A stretch of DNA of 64,000 nt from an uncultured Candidatus Saccharibacteria bacterium (GTDB taxonomy: Bacteria; Patescibacteriota; WWE3; UBA101185; UBA10185). Shown piece by piece: positions 28,371 through 37,973 of this stretch. Position 1 is the stretch's first letter, and each line of letters starts with the position of its first letter. Both the position numbers and the translations under genes were made by a program. The notes under the pieces were generated by a model. The model saw only the letters and a program-made list of their open reading frames with translations, was not told where the DNA came from and ran no database searches. The stretch is taken from positions 4,379 to 68,378 of the forward strand of contig CAZTQT010000003.1 of NCBI GenBank assembly GCA_964615625.1. The letters are read 5' to 3'.

Positions 28371-28799
28371 ATGGAAAAACTAACAGGAAAAAAGATGAAT
28401 ATGACACAGATCTTCTCTGATGATGGGGCTGTTACCCCTGTTACCGTTATACATTGTGAGAATTTGACAGAAGATATGGAGAATAGAGATGTTGTTGTTG
28501 TAGGAACCTCGAAGGGTAAAGGTTTCACGGGTGTTATGAAAAAATGGGGTTTTCACGGTGGGCCTGCCACTAGAGGTCAGGGGATAACTGCAAGAGCACC
28601 TGGATCTATAGGATCTCAAACACCAGGAAGAGTTTTAAAAGGTAAAAAGATGGCCGGTAGGGCAGGAAATAGTAGGGTAACTATAAAAGGTTTGAAAGTA
28701 ATGAAAGTTTTACCAAATGAAAATCAGATTATGGTGTCAGGTCCTGTTCCTGGGGCAAGAAATTCTAAAATTGAGATAGTTTTTATTGAAGGTAAATAA
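28371..28799 (+). CDS. rplC: 50S ribosomal protein L3, internally shortened (142 aa)
   Basis: GKKMNMTQIF, PVTVI, GTSKGKGF, PGSIG, GKKMAG, GPVPG; canonical position after rpsJ. Confidence 0.93.
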   Translation: MEKLTGKKMNMTQIFSDDGAVTPVTVIHCENLTEDMENRDVVVVGTSKGKGFTGVMKKWGFHGGPATRGQGITARAPGSIGSQTPGRVLKGKKMAGRAGNSRVTIKGLKVMKVLPNENQIMVSGPVPGARNSKIEIVFIEGK

Positions 28800-28800
28800 A

Positions 28801-29424
28801 ATGCAAGTAGATGTATTAAATCTAAAAGGTGAAAAAATAGAACAAATAGAGCTAAAAGATAGTATCTTTGATTTTGAACCTAATATGAACGTTTTGACCC
28901 AATATATTAGGGTTTACCAAATGAATCAACGACAGGGCACAGCTTCTACAAAGGACAGATCTGAAGTTTCTGGTGGTGGAGCCAAGCCTTGGAGACAGAA
29001 AGGTACTGGAAGAGCAAGACACGGATCTACAAGAAGCCCTATTTGGGTACATGGTGGTATTGCCCATGGGCCAAAACCTAAGAGTTGGAAATTATCTATT
29101 AGCAAAAGTTTAAGAGAAAATGCTTTGAAATCGGCTTTGTCCTTAAGAATGAGGGAAGGAAAAATTGTTGTAATAGATGGTTCTGATATAAAGGAGCCTA
29201 AAACGAAGATTTTTGCAGATGCTTTAGAAAAATTAAAGATTAATGGAAGAGTTATGTTTGTCTGGAATGGTGATCAAGAAAATATCGTTAGAAGTTCCAG
29301 AAATATACCAGAAGTATTTTTAGTAAATTCAGATAGTTTGAATGCCTACGATGTTGTAAAGACCCCGACAGTTTTATTTTTAAAGGATGCAGTATTAAAG
29401 GTTCAAGAAAGGTTTTCTAAATGA
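28801..29424 (+). CDS. rplD: 50S ribosomal protein L4
   Basis: RQGTASTKDRSEVSGGGAKPWRQKGTGRARHGS. Confidence 0.98.
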   Translation: MQVDVLNLKGEKIEQIELKDSIFDFEPNMNVLTQYIRVYQMNQRQGTASTKDRSEVSGGGAKPWRQKGTGRARHGSTRSPIWVHGGIAHGPKPKSWKLSISKSLRENALKSALSLRMREGKIVVIDGSDIKEPKTKIFADALEKLKINGRVMFVWNGDQENIVRSSRNIPEVFLVNSDSLNAYDVVKTPTVLFLKDAVLKVQERFSK

Positions 29425-29714
29425 GATTAAGCAAGTCTATTATAGAACCAATAGTAACAGAGAAATCATATGACCATTCTGCTTATGGGAGATATGTTTT
29501 TAAAGTTGCTATGAGTGCTACAAAAGGTGCTATAAAAGATGAAATGAAAGATGTATATGGTGTAGATGTCACAGAAGTAAAAACTGTTATAATGCCTGGA
29601 AAATCTTCTAGAATAGGTAAAACAAGAGAATTCTCTACACCTAGAAGATGGAAAAAGGCTGTAGTCAGATTAAAAGAAGGCCAAAGTATTGATTTATTTC
29701 CTAAGGATAAATAA
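29421..29714 (+). CDS. rplW: 50S ribosomal protein L23
   Basis: PIVTEKS, WKKAVVRL. Confidence 0.96.
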   Translation: MRLSKSIIEPIVTEKSYDHSAYGRYVFKVAMSATKGAIKDEMKDVYGVDVTEVKTVIMPGKSSRIGKTREFSTPRRWKKAVVRLKEGQSIDLFPKDK

Positions 29715-29726
29715 CGGAGATAATAA

Positions 29727-30560
29727 ATGATTAAAACATATAAACCTACAAGTGAAGGGCTTAGAACAAGAAAAACCTTAGTAAAGGGAGTTGATGATGT
29801 TAGACCTTTAAAATCTTTAACTAAAGGAAAAAATGCTACAGCAGGTAGAGTCAGAGGTAAGATAACGTCAAGACATAAGCAAAGGGGTGCGAAAAAACTT
29901 TATAGAATAATAGATTTCAAAAGAGATAAGTATGATATTCCAGCAAAAGTAGTTAGTATACAAAATGATCCAAACAGAGGTCCTAATATAGCACTTTTAT
30001 CTTATGCAGATGGTGAAAAGAGGTATATAATAGCTCCCGAAGGTTTAGAGATAGGCACTACCGTAATGTCCGGAGAAAGTGCTGATATTGCAGTTGGGAA
30101 CAGCGTCCCTATGTCTAAAATACCTCTTGGGATGTCAATTCATAATATAGAGATCAATCCTAAAGCTGGGGCCAGACTTTGCAGAGGAGCTGGAAATCAG
30201 GCTCAAATTATTGCAAAAGAGGGAGAATATGTTAACGTAAAGCTTCCTAGTGGCGAGGTTAAGAGAATTAGAAGCGTTTGCTATGCCACCATAGGTGTAA
30301 TAGGAAATGCTGATAAGAGAAATATTGATTTAGGAAAAGCTGGAAGAAAGAGATACTTGGGAAGAAGACCTCATGTTAGAGGTGTTGCTATGGGAGATCC
30401 CCATAGAGATCACCCACATGCTGGTAAATACGGCACATCTGGTATTGGTATGGTAGCTCCTGTATCTCCGTGGGGATGGAAAACTAAAGGTGTTAAAACC
30501 AGAAAGAGAGCTAAAACTGATTACACTATAGTTAGTAGGAGAAAGGGTAAAAAGAAGTAA
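29727..30560 (+). CDS. rplB: 50S ribosomal protein L2
   Basis: YRIIDFKR, DPNR, LPSGE, GKAGR, RPHVRGVAM, SPWG. Confidence 0.98.
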   Translation: MIKTYKPTSEGLRTRKTLVKGVDDVRPLKSLTKGKNATAGRVRGKITSRHKQRGAKKLYRIIDFKRDKYDIPAKVVSIQNDPNRGPNIALLSYADGEKRYIIAPEGLEIGTTVMSGESADIAVGNSVPMSKIPLGMSIHNIEINPKAGARLCRGAGNQAQIIAKEGEYVNVKLPSGEVKRIRSVCYATIGVIGNADKRNIDLGKAGRKRYLGRRPHVRGVAMGDPHRDHPHAGKYGTSGIGMVAPVSPWGWKTKGVKTRKRAKTDYTIVSRRKGKKK

Positions 30561-30579
30561 TTTCTTATAAAGGATTAAT

Positions 30580-30852
30580 ATGTCTAGATCACTAAAAAAA
30601 GGAATATACGTAGACGAAAAATTAATGAAAAAAGTGGAAAAAGCCTTGGCAAGCGGTGATAGGAATCCTATAAAAACATGGTCAAGAAGATCTACAATAA
30701 TACCTGAAATGGTTGGGTTAACATTTGAAGTTTACAACGGAAAGAAGCATATTCCGTTTTTTGTTACGGAATCTATGGTAGGCCATAAACTAGGTGAGTT
30801 CTCCCCCACAAGAACGTTTAGGGCGCACTCATCTAAGAAAGGAACCGAATGA
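30580..30852 (+). CDS. rpsS: 30S ribosomal protein S19
   Basis: [21 protein letters not shown]. Confidence 0.98.
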   Translation: MSRSLKKGIYVDEKLMKKVEKALASGDRNPIKTWSRRSTIIPEMVGLTFEVYNGKKHIPFFVTESMVGHKLGEFSPTRTFRAHSSKKGTE

Positions 30853-31199
30853 TAGACGTTAAAGTTACAGCAAAACACATGGGGGCAAGAATATCACCAA
30901 AAAAGGTGGCCATAGTTTTGGATTTGGTAAGAGGAAAAGATTTAGAAAGTGCTAAGAGAATATTAGCTTTTGATAGAAGCAAAGCAGGGAAGATAGTTTT
31001 AAAAGTAGTAAAATCTGCAGAAGCAAATGCAGTAAACAATAATAAGATGGATAAGGATAAATTATTTATAAAAAGAATATGGGTTAGCGAAGGCCCTATG
31101 CAGAAAAGGATGAGTCCTGGGGCTAAAGGAAGAGTTGATCCTATTTTGAAAAGATATAGTCATATTTATGTAAGTTTAGATGAAAGGGTTGAAAAATAA
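30849..31199 (+). CDS. rplV: 50S ribosomal protein L22
   Basis: RISPKK, SAEANA, GAKGR, SHI. Confidence 0.96.
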   Translation: MIDVKVTAKHMGARISPKKVAIVLDLVRGKDLESAKRILAFDRSKAGKIVLKVVKSAEANAVNNNKMDKDKLFIKRIWVSEGPMQKRMSPGAKGRVDPILKRYSHIYVSLDERVEK

Positions 31200-31834
31200 T
31201 GGGGCAGAAGATAAATCCTGTAGGATATAGAGTTGGAATATCAAAAAACTGGGGTTCCAGATGGTTTGCCTCTAAAAAAGATTACGCCAATCTTTTAATT
31301 GAGGATAAAAAGATAAGAGATTTATTGTCCGAGAGGTTGAGCAGTGCTGGTTTGAAAAATGTTGAAATAGAAAGAACAGAAAATGAGGTAAGTGTTTTGA
31401 TAAAAGTTTCAAAGCCGGGGGTTGTTATTGGAAGAGGTGGTACAGGAGTGGAGGAAATTGAAAAAGAAATAAAAAAGATAACTAAGGGTAAAGTGAAAAT
31501 AACAGCAGAAGGGGTAAAATCTTCTGAAACCGAAGCCCAGCTTGTAGCTGATTACATATGCAGACAATTAAAAAGAAGAGTTCCTTATAGAAGAGTTATT
31601 AATTTTGCCTTGAGTTCTGCTATAGATAAGGGTGCAAAAGGTATAAAGATTAGATTAGCTGGAGTTTTGAGTGGAAGTAATACAATATCAAGGTCAGAAA
31701 CATACAAAGAGGGTTCTGTACCAGCACAAACTTTAAGAGCAGACATAGATTTTGCTCAAGTCCATTGTCAAATGATTTTTGGGACAATTGGAATAAAAGT
31801 ATGGATTTATAAGGGAGAAGTAACACTTAAATAG
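31199..31834 (+). CDS. rpsC: 30S ribosomal protein S3
   Basis: [36 protein letters not shown]. Confidence 0.98.
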   Translation: MGQKINPVGYRVGISKNWGSRWFASKKDYANLLIEDKKIRDLLSERLSSAGLKNVEIERTENEVSVLIKVSKPGVVIGRGGTGVEEIEKEIKKITKGKVKITAEGVKSSETEAQLVADYICRQLKRRVPYRRVINFALSSAIDKGAKGIKIRLAGVLSGSNTISRSETYKEGSVPAQTLRADIDFAQVHCQMIFGTIGIKVWIYKGEVTLK

Positions 31835-31846
31835 TGAGGAAATATT

Positions 31847-32260
31847 ATGTTGTTGATGCCTAGAAAAGTAAAATTTAGGAGACAGCAAAGAGGTACTAAT
31901 AAAGGTATCTCTGTAAGAGGATCCGAAATAGCTTTTGGAGATTTTGGATTAAAGGTAGTTGATAGATGTCTTCTGTCTTCTAGGCAATTAGAATCAGCAA
32001 GAAAAGCTATTTCTCATGCAACAAAAAGAGGTGGGAAACTTTGGATAAGAGCTTTTCCTGATAAGCCTGTTGCTAAAAAACCTAATGAAACAAGAATGGG
32101 TAGTGGTAAGTCTCCTACAGATCATTACTCTGCTCTTGTTAAGCCCGGTAAAATAATTTTTGAATTAGCTGGTGTTACAGAAGATTTAGCTAAAAAGGCT
32201 TTTGCAAAGGCCTCAGCAAAATTACCTGTGAAGACTAAGTTTGTTAGAAAGGAAATGTAA
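31847..32260 (+). CDS. rplP: 50S ribosomal protein L16
   Basis: FPDKPV, RMGSGK, KLPVKT. Confidence 0.97.
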   Translation: MLLMPRKVKFRRQQRGTNKGISVRGSEIAFGDFGLKVVDRCLLSSRQLESARKAISHATKRGGKLWIRAFPDKPVAKKPNETRMGSGKSPTDHYSALVKPGKIIFELAGVTEDLAKKAFAKASAKLPVKTKFVRKEM

Positions 32261-32463
32261 TGTTGGATATTACCGAGCTTAGAAAAAAGAATATAGACGA
32301 TTTGAAAAAGGAGTTAGAAAAGATAAAGAAAGATAAACAAAAGGTTGTAGCTGATGTCTTACAAAAAAAGGAAAAAAATGTTAAAAAAGCAAGTCTGATG
32401 AAAAAGGATATTGCTAGAATCCAAACTGTGTTAAATGAAAAATTAAGTGAGGGTAAAAAATGA
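32260..32463 (+). CDS. rpmC: 50S ribosomal protein L29
   Basis: ELRK, KKDIARIQTVLNE; position between rplP and rpsQ. Confidence 0.93.
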   Translation: MLDITELRKKNIDDLKKELEKIKKDKQKVVADVLQKKEKNVKKASLMKKDIARIQTVLNEKLSEGKK

Positions 32464-32708
32464 GCGTAAAAATACTAAAAGGAAAAATAATATCTAATAA
32501 AATGGATAAGACAGTAGTGATTGCTGTAGATAGATCAAAAAGACATCCTATATACGGAAAGAAATATAGAAATACAAAAAAGATAAAAGCTAGAGATGAT
32601 TTAGGACTATCAGTAGGAGATTTTGTAACTATAGAGGAATGTAAGCCTTTTAGCAAAGAAGTTTCTTTTAAGGTGATAGGTAAAATCACTGATAAGGAGG
32701 AAATTTAA
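32460..32708 (+). CDS. rpsQ: 30S ribosomal protein S17
   Basis: KMDKTVVI, HPIYGK, GDFVTIEECKPFSK. Confidence 0.96.
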   Translation: MSVKILKGKIISNKMDKTVVIAVDRSKRHPIYGKKYRNTKKIKARDDLGLSVGDFVTIEECKPFSKEVSFKVIGKITDKEEI

Positions 32709-32709
32709 A

Positions 32710-33075
32710 GTGTTACCAATTGGTGCATATTTAAAACCAGCTGATAACTCTGGTGCCATAATGTTGAAGATAGTTGGTATTCCAGGTTCCAATAAAAGAC
32801 AAGCCAGACTTGGTGATATCGTGACAGTTGTCGTTAAAGGAGCTTCTTCTACAGGTGTTTTAAAAGATCATAGTATAGCTAAAGCAATAATTATAAGAAC
32901 TAGAAAAGAAGTAAGAAGAAAAGATGGTAGTTACATAAGATTTGATGATAACGCTGCAATAGTTATAGATAAAGATAAAAATATGGTTGGAACTAGAGTT
33001 TTTGGGCCTGTAGCAAGGGAAATAAGAGATAAAGGTTATACAAAAATGGTTTCTTTAGCTAAGGAGGTTCTATAA
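32710..33075 (+). CDS. rplN: 50S ribosomal protein L14 (GTG start)
   Basis: ADNSGA, RFDDNAA, GTRVFGPVARE; SD AAGGAGG. Confidence 0.97.
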   Translation: MLPIGAYLKPADNSGAIMLKIVGIPGSNKRQARLGDIVTVVVKGASSTGVLKDHSIAKAIIIRTRKEVRRKDGSYIRFDDNAAIVIDKDKNMVGTRVFGPVAREIRDKGYTKMVSLAKEVL

Positions 33076-33393
33076 ATGAGGATTAGAAAAGACGATAAAG
33101 TAAAAATAATATTAGGTAAAGACAGAGGTAAGATAGCTAAAGTATTAAAAGTTATAAACTCTGAGAATAAAATTGTTGTTGAAGGTGTGAACGTGGTTAA
33201 AAGACATGTTAAACCAGGGGCAGTGTCAAAAGAAGGGGGAATAATAAGTATAGAAAAACCTATAGATGTTTCTAACGTTATGTATTATGATGAGTCCTCA
33301 AAAAAGACAGTAAGAGTTGGATATAAGATGATAGATGGTAAAAAATATAGAGTTTCTAAGAAAACTGGCGATGTTTTAGATAAAAAGATATGA
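33076..33393 (+). CDS. rplX: 50S ribosomal protein L24
   Basis: KOW motif GKDRGK, VEGVN, SNV. Confidence 0.96.
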   Translation: MRIRKDDKVKIILGKDRGKIAKVLKVINSENKIVVEGVNVVKRHVKPGAVSKEGGIISIEKPIDVSNVMYYDESSKKTVRVGYKMIDGKKYRVSKKTGDVLDKKI

Positions 33394-33950
33394 ACAGATT
33401 AAAAGAAGAATATAAAAATAGAATAGCTGAGGAAATAAAAAAAGAATTTAAACTTCAAAATGTAATGGAAGTTACAGGTATTGAAAAAATAAGTGTAAAT
33501 TCTGGAATAGGTCCTTTTAGAGAAAACAAAGAAGCTGTTGATTCTTTTGCTGAAGAGCTATCTGAAATATGCGGACAGAAGGTATTTGAAAGAAAAGCTA
33601 GAAAATCTGAAGCTGGTTTTAAAATAAGAGAAGGGGATGTTGTTGGTTTTGCAGTAACTTTAAGAGGTGATAGGATGTGGGCATTTTTGGATAAACTAAT
33701 TAATATAGCCTTTCCAAGAATAAGAGATTTTAGAGGTTTTAGCCCAGATTCCTTTGATCAGAATGGTAACTATTCTGTTGGGATAAGAGAACATGTTATA
33801 TTTCCTGAAGTAAATCCTAACACCACTAAAGGGATAAGAAGTCTACAAGTGACAATAGTTTTTAGTGGTAAAGATATAGAACAAAATAGATTTTTACTTA
33901 AAAAGTTGAATTTTCCGTTTTCTGAGGTTATAGTGGCACAGGATAAATAG
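33390..33950 (+). CDS. rplE: 50S ribosomal protein L5
   Basis: [23 protein letters not shown]. Confidence 0.97.
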   Translation: MNRLKEEYKNRIAEEIKKEFKLQNVMEVTGIEKISVNSGIGPFRENKEAVDSFAEELSEICGQKVFERKARKSEAGFKIREGDVVGFAVTLRGDRMWAFLDKLINIAFPRIRDFRGFSPDSFDQNGNYSVGIREHVIFPEVNPNTTKGIRSLQVTIVFSGKDIEQNRFLLKKLNFPFSEVIVAQDK

Positions 33951-33957
33951 GTTAATT

Positions 33958-34143
33958 ATGGCGAAAGAAGCTTTAATACAAAAAAATAAAAAGGAACAAA
34001 AATTTTCTTCCAGAGAATATAATAGATGTTCTGTGTGTGGAAACCCAAGAGGTTACATGAGAAGGTTTAAGATATGTAGAAAATGTTTTAGGGAAATGGC
34101 TCACAAAGGGGAACTTCCCGGAGTAAGAAAGGCAAGCTGGTAA
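33958..34143 (+). CDS. rpsN: 30S ribosomal protein S14, type Z (Zn-binding)
   Basis: RCSVCG...CRKCFRE, GVRKASW. Confidence 0.97.
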   Translation: MAKEALIQKNKKEQKFSSREYNRCSVCGNPRGYMRRFKICRKCFREMAHKGELPGVRKASW

Positions 34144-34145
34144 AT

Positions 34146-34544
34146 ATGAGTATAGATAGAACATCCAACATGATAAGCTCTCTTAAAAATAGTGCTATGG
34201 CAGACAGAAGTGTTTTGGAATTGCCTCATACAATTGAGTGTGAGTCTATTGCCAAGGTCTTGAAAGATTGTGGTTTTATAGAAGAAGTTAAGGTTTTTAA
34301 AGAAGAAAATAGTAAGTCAAAAATGTTGGGGTTAACTTTATCAAGAGAAGATGGTGTTATAAGACTTTCTCATGCCAAGAGAATATCTAAGCCAGGTAGA
34401 AGGATTTATAGAAAATCGGAAGAATTAAGACCTGTTCTTCAGGGAATGGGTGTTTTGGTTGTCTCCACTTCCAGAGGAATTATGGATGGAAGAGAGGCTA
34501 AAAAGAAAAAATTAGGTGGAGAAGTTTTGTGCGAGGTTTATTAA
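34146..34544 (+). CDS. rpsH: 30S ribosomal protein S8
   Basis: RISKPGRRIY, STSRGIM, GGEVL. Confidence 0.96.
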   Translation: MSIDRTSNMISSLKNSAMADRSVLELPHTIECESIAKVLKDCGFIEEVKVFKEENSKSKMLGLTLSREDGVIRLSHAKRISKPGRRIYRKSEELRPVLQGMGVLVVSTSRGIMDGREAKKKKLGGEVLCEVY

Positions 34545-34547
34545 AAT

Positions 34548-35108
34548 ATGAGTAGAATAGGAAAAGCACCAATTGAAATACCACAAGGAGTAACCGTAGA
34601 AATGAACGGTAGTGATGTCGTGGTAAAAGGTCCAAAGGGGGAAATGTCTTTGAAAATTGTAGATGATGTGGTTTTAAAAAAGGATGATAATTCTTTAACA
34701 ATTGAGATGGTAGGAAAGAAAAAAGACTCTCCTGCTAAGTGGGGCATGACCAGGGCTATAATTGCCAATATGATAAAAGGTGTTACAGAGCCTTTTGAGA
34801 AGAAATTAGAGCTTGTTGGTGTTGGTTATAGAGCAAAACAGGTATCTAATAATGAGATATCTTTAACAGTAGGTTTTTCTCATCCCGTTACTTTTGTTTC
34901 TCCAAAAGGTGTGGATTTAAAGGTTGAAGATAACACTCATATAACTGTTTCTGGGATTGATAAGCATCTAGTGGGTTTGGTTGCAGCAAATATTAGAAAG
35001 ATAAGAAAGCCGGAACCGTATAAAGGGAAAGGTATAAAATATGAAAACGAAGTTATAAGAAGAAAAGCTGGTAAGGCAGGAAAAGTTGGATCAGGAGGAG
35101 CTGCTTAA
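34548..35108 (+). CDS. rplF: 50S ribosomal protein L6
   Basis: MSRIGK, GVGYRA, GFSHP, PEPYKGKGI. Confidence 0.98.
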   Translation: MSRIGKAPIEIPQGVTVEMNGSDVVVKGPKGEMSLKIVDDVVLKKDDNSLTIEMVGKKKDSPAKWGMTRAIIANMIKGVTEPFEKKLELVGVGYRAKQVSNNEISLTVGFSHPVTFVSPKGVDLKVEDNTHITVSGIDKHLVGLVAANIRKIRKPEPYKGKGIKYENEVIRRKAGKAGKVGSGGAA

Positions 35109-35110
35109 AA

Positions 35111-35470
35111 ATGTATCACGTAATTAAAAGAAAAACTAAAAGAGAAAGAAGAAAGCTAAGTATAAGATCTAAGGTATTTGGAACATCAGAGACACCTAGA
35201 TTGTCTGTTTTTAGATCTAATAACTATATATACGCTCAGATTATTGATGATAGCAAGGATAATACTTTGGTGGAATTTTCATCAAAGAAGCTTGAAAACA
35301 AAAAAGGGGTAACTAAAACACAAGAAGCTTTTGAAGTTGGAAAAGAGATTGCTAAAAGAGCTTTAGAGAAAAATGTTAAGAGTGTAGTTTTTGATAGAAG
35401 TGGTTATAGATACCATGGGCGTGTAAAATCTCTTGCAGAAGGTGCCAGAGATGGGGGTTTGAAATTATGA
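35111..35470 (+). CDS. rplR: 50S ribosomal protein L18
   Basis: [22 protein letters not shown]. Confidence 0.98.
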   Translation: MYHVIKRKTKRERRKLSIRSKVFGTSETPRLSVFRSNNYIYAQIIDDSKDNTLVEFSSKKLENKKGVTKTQEAFEVGKEIAKRALEKNVKSVVFDRSGYRYHGRVKSLAEGARDGGLKL

Positions 35471-35985
35471 AAAAAGAAGAAAAGAAAAAAATAGAAGACA
35501 GAAAAGAGAATAAAAAAGAAGAGAAAAAGAAAGATATTTCTGTTAAACCAGCTAAGATAACTGAGTTTGAGGAAAAAATAATAGAAATAAAAAGAGTTTC
35601 TAAAAAAGTAAAGGGTGGTAACACAATAGGTTTTACTGTTCTTGTTGTCGTGGGTGATAGAGATGGTAGGGTCGGATATGGGTATGGGAAGGCCCTTAAT
35701 GTTGCTGATGCTATAGGTAAAGCAGTATCTTCTGCCAAAAAGAATACCTACTCAATTAAAATGGAAGGAAAAACAATATTTCATCAAGTTGAGGCTAAGG
35801 TTGGGGCATCTAAAGTTTTGTTAAAACCCGCTCCCGAAGGTGCTGGGGTTATAGCAGGGGGTTCTGTTAGAACAGTTTTAGAACTTGCAGGTATTAGAGA
35901 TATTTCATCAAAAGTATTAGGTTCAAATAATAAGCTTTTAAATGTCAGATGCACCTTAAAGGCTTTAAAAAAATTAAAGAAATAA
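35467..35985 (+). CDS. rpsE: 30S ribosomal protein S5 with charged N-terminal extension
   Basis: [32 protein letters not shown]. Confidence 0.97.
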   Translation: MKKEEKKKIEDRKENKKEEKKKDISVKPAKITEFEEKIIEIKRVSKKVKGGNTIGFTVLVVVGDRDGRVGYGYGKALNVADAIGKAVSSAKKNTYSIKMEGKTIFHQVEAKVGASKVLLKPAPEGAGVIAGGSVRTVLELAGIRDISSKVLGSNNKLLNVRCTLKALKKLKK

Positions 35986-35986
35986 T

Positions 35987-36430
35987 ATGGTTTTGAGTAA
36001 TCTTAATAAACTTAATGATCGTAAAAAAAGCAAAAGAGTTGGTAGAGGTATAGGTAGTGGTAAGGGCGGTCACACAGTAGGGAAAGGTCAGAAAGGTCAA
36101 AAGTCTAGGCAAGGAGTAAAACCAAGGATCGGTTTTGAGGGCGGTCAATCTCCATTGTATAAAAAATTACCTAAGTTAGGTGGTTTTAAAAACCCAGCAT
36201 CTAAAAAATATGTTTCAATTAATCTTGATGTTTTAAATAAGTTTAAGGATGGTGAAGAAGTAACAGTTGCAAAGTTGGTAGAAAAGAAAGTTATAAAATC
36301 TGTACCAGCAGGTGGCGTGAAAATACTATCAACTGGTGAGATAAAGAAAAAAGTAGTTATAAAGGACCTTAAATATTCGCAAAAAGCTAAAGAAAAGATT
36401 GAAAGTTTCGGTGCTACTATAAATGCTTAA
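35987..36430 (+). CDS. rplO: 50S ribosomal protein L15
   Basis: RVGRGIGSGKG, GQKGQKSR, FEGGQ. Confidence 0.97.
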   Translation: MVLSNLNKLNDRKKSKRVGRGIGSGKGGHTVGKGQKGQKSRQGVKPRIGFEGGQSPLYKKLPKLGGFKNPASKKYVSINLDVLNKFKDGEEVTVAKLVEKKVIKSVPAGGVKILSTGEIKKKVVIKDLKYSQKAKEKIESFGATINA

Positions 36431-37679
36431 AATACTTAAACTTCCTGAATTAAGGAAGAAAATAATTTTTACATTATTTATTATTTCTATATTTAGGTTG
36501 TTGGCTCATATACCTGTTCCTGGGGTTGACTCATCCTCTATTAAATCTTATTTAGAGCAAAGTGTGTTTTTTGGATTTTTTAATTTATTTAGTGGCGGCG
36601 GTTTTCAGAATTTTTCAATTGTCACTCTTGGGTTAGGGCCTTATATCAATGCTTCAATTATAATTCAACTTTTAACAATGTTAATCCCGTCATTAGAAGA
36701 GATGTCCAAAGAAGGAGAATATGGTCAGGAAAAGATAAATATGTATACAAAACTTTTATCTGTTCCAATGGCTTTTGTTCAGTCCTATGGTATCTACTTT
36801 TTATTAAGTAGGCAGGGGATAATAAATACCCTCTATTCCTTTGATCTTGTAATACTTATATTGACTTTTACTGCTGGCACATTACTTCTTGTTTGGTTGG
36901 GAGATTTATTGACCGAACACGGTATAGGGAATGGAATCTCAATGCTTATATTTGTATCAATAATAAGCAGATTGCCTGCAGGTATTTTAAGTGTTTTGGC
37001 TGGTATATCATCCTCAAGTTATTTAAATGTGATTATTATGTTGGTTCTGATGTTACTCATAATAGTTGCTGTAGTTTTAGTAAATGAGGGAACTAGAAAT
37101 ATACTTATAGAATACGGTAGAAGAGGTGAAAGATCCCAGAAAGTAACCAATTATTTGCCTATAAAAATAAATCAAGCAGGTGTAATTCCAATAATATTTG
37201 CCGTTTCTTTAGTTTCAATACCAAGAATGATAGGAGGACCTTTGGCTGCGTCTGGAAAAGCATCTTTAATTGGTTTAGGAAATTTTCTGATTAATACATT
37301 TGAAAGCACATCTTTAACTTATAATCTTGTTTACTTTCTCTTAGTTGTAGGTTTTACATTTGTTTATACTTTTATACAGTTTAACCCTGACAAAATAGCT
37401 GATGATATTAAAAAGAGAGGGGGTTTTATACCTGGGGTTAGACCAGGAACATCTACATCTCAGTATTTAAAGAGAATCGTTTCTAGAACAACTTTAGCAG
37501 GATCTTTGTTCTTAGGATTGGTTGCTATAACGCCGTATCTTATGAATTTTATATTTGGATCTCAAGCTATAGACATAGGAGGCACAAGTTTGCTTATAGT
37601 AGTATCGGTTGTTCTTGAAACCGTAAGGCAAATAGAGTCCCTCACTGTCACTAGAAGTTATGAGAAATTTTTAGGCTAA
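36423..37679 (+). CDS. secY: Preprotein translocase subunit SecY
   Basis: LGLGPYINASII, GIGNGIS, AGVIPIIFA, FIPGVRPG, GGTSLLIVV. Confidence 0.98.
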   Translation: MLKILKLPELRKKIIFTLFIISIFRLLAHIPVPGVDSSSIKSYLEQSVFFGFFNLFSGGGFQNFSIVTLGLGPYINASIIIQLLTMLIPSLEEMSKEGEYGQEKINMYTKLLSVPMAFVQSYGIYFLLSRQGIINTLYSFDLVILILTFTAGTLLLVWLGDLLTEHGIGNGISMLIFVSIISRLPAGILSVLAGISSSSYLNVIIMLVLMLLIIVAVVLVNEGTRNILIEYGRRGERSQKVTNYLPIKINQAGVIPIIFAVSLVSIPRMIGGPLAASGKASLIGLGNFLINTFESTSLTYNLVYFLLVVGFTFVYTFIQFNPDKIADDIKKRGGFIPGVRPGTSTSQYLKRIVSRTTLAGSLFLGLVAITPYLMNFIFGSQAIDIGGTSLLIVVSVVLETVRQIESLTVTRSYEKFLG

Positions 37680-37702
37680 TACTAATCTGATACAATATTT
37701 CT

Positions 37703-37969
37703 ATGTTTGATAAAATAAAAGAATTAAATAGACTTAAACAGGCTCAGAGTAAAATAAAAAAGCAAATGGAGGAGATATCGGCAACTAGGGAAAAGGATGG
37801 TATTAAAATCGTCGTTAGGGGTGATAAAAAAATACAAAGACTTGAAATAGATGGAGAAGATCAGAGAGACTTAAAAGATCTGATAAACAATACTTTTGGA
37901 GACGTTGATAAGAAAGTGGAGAAACAAATGAGAGGTCAGTTAAAGGATTTAGGTCTTCCCGACTTTTAG
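37703..37969 (+). CDS. YbaB/EbfC family nucleoid-associated protein
   Basis: MFDKIKEL..LKQAQ..., central beta hairpin IKIVVRGD, C-terminal GLP; 88 aa; preceded by TGaTACAAT plus 6 nt. Confidence 0.7.
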   Translation: MFDKIKELNRLKQAQSKIKKQMEEISATREKDGIKIVVRGDKKIQRLEIDGEDQRDLKDLINNTFGDVDKKVEKQMRGQLKDLGLPDF

Positions 37970-37973
37970 AATT

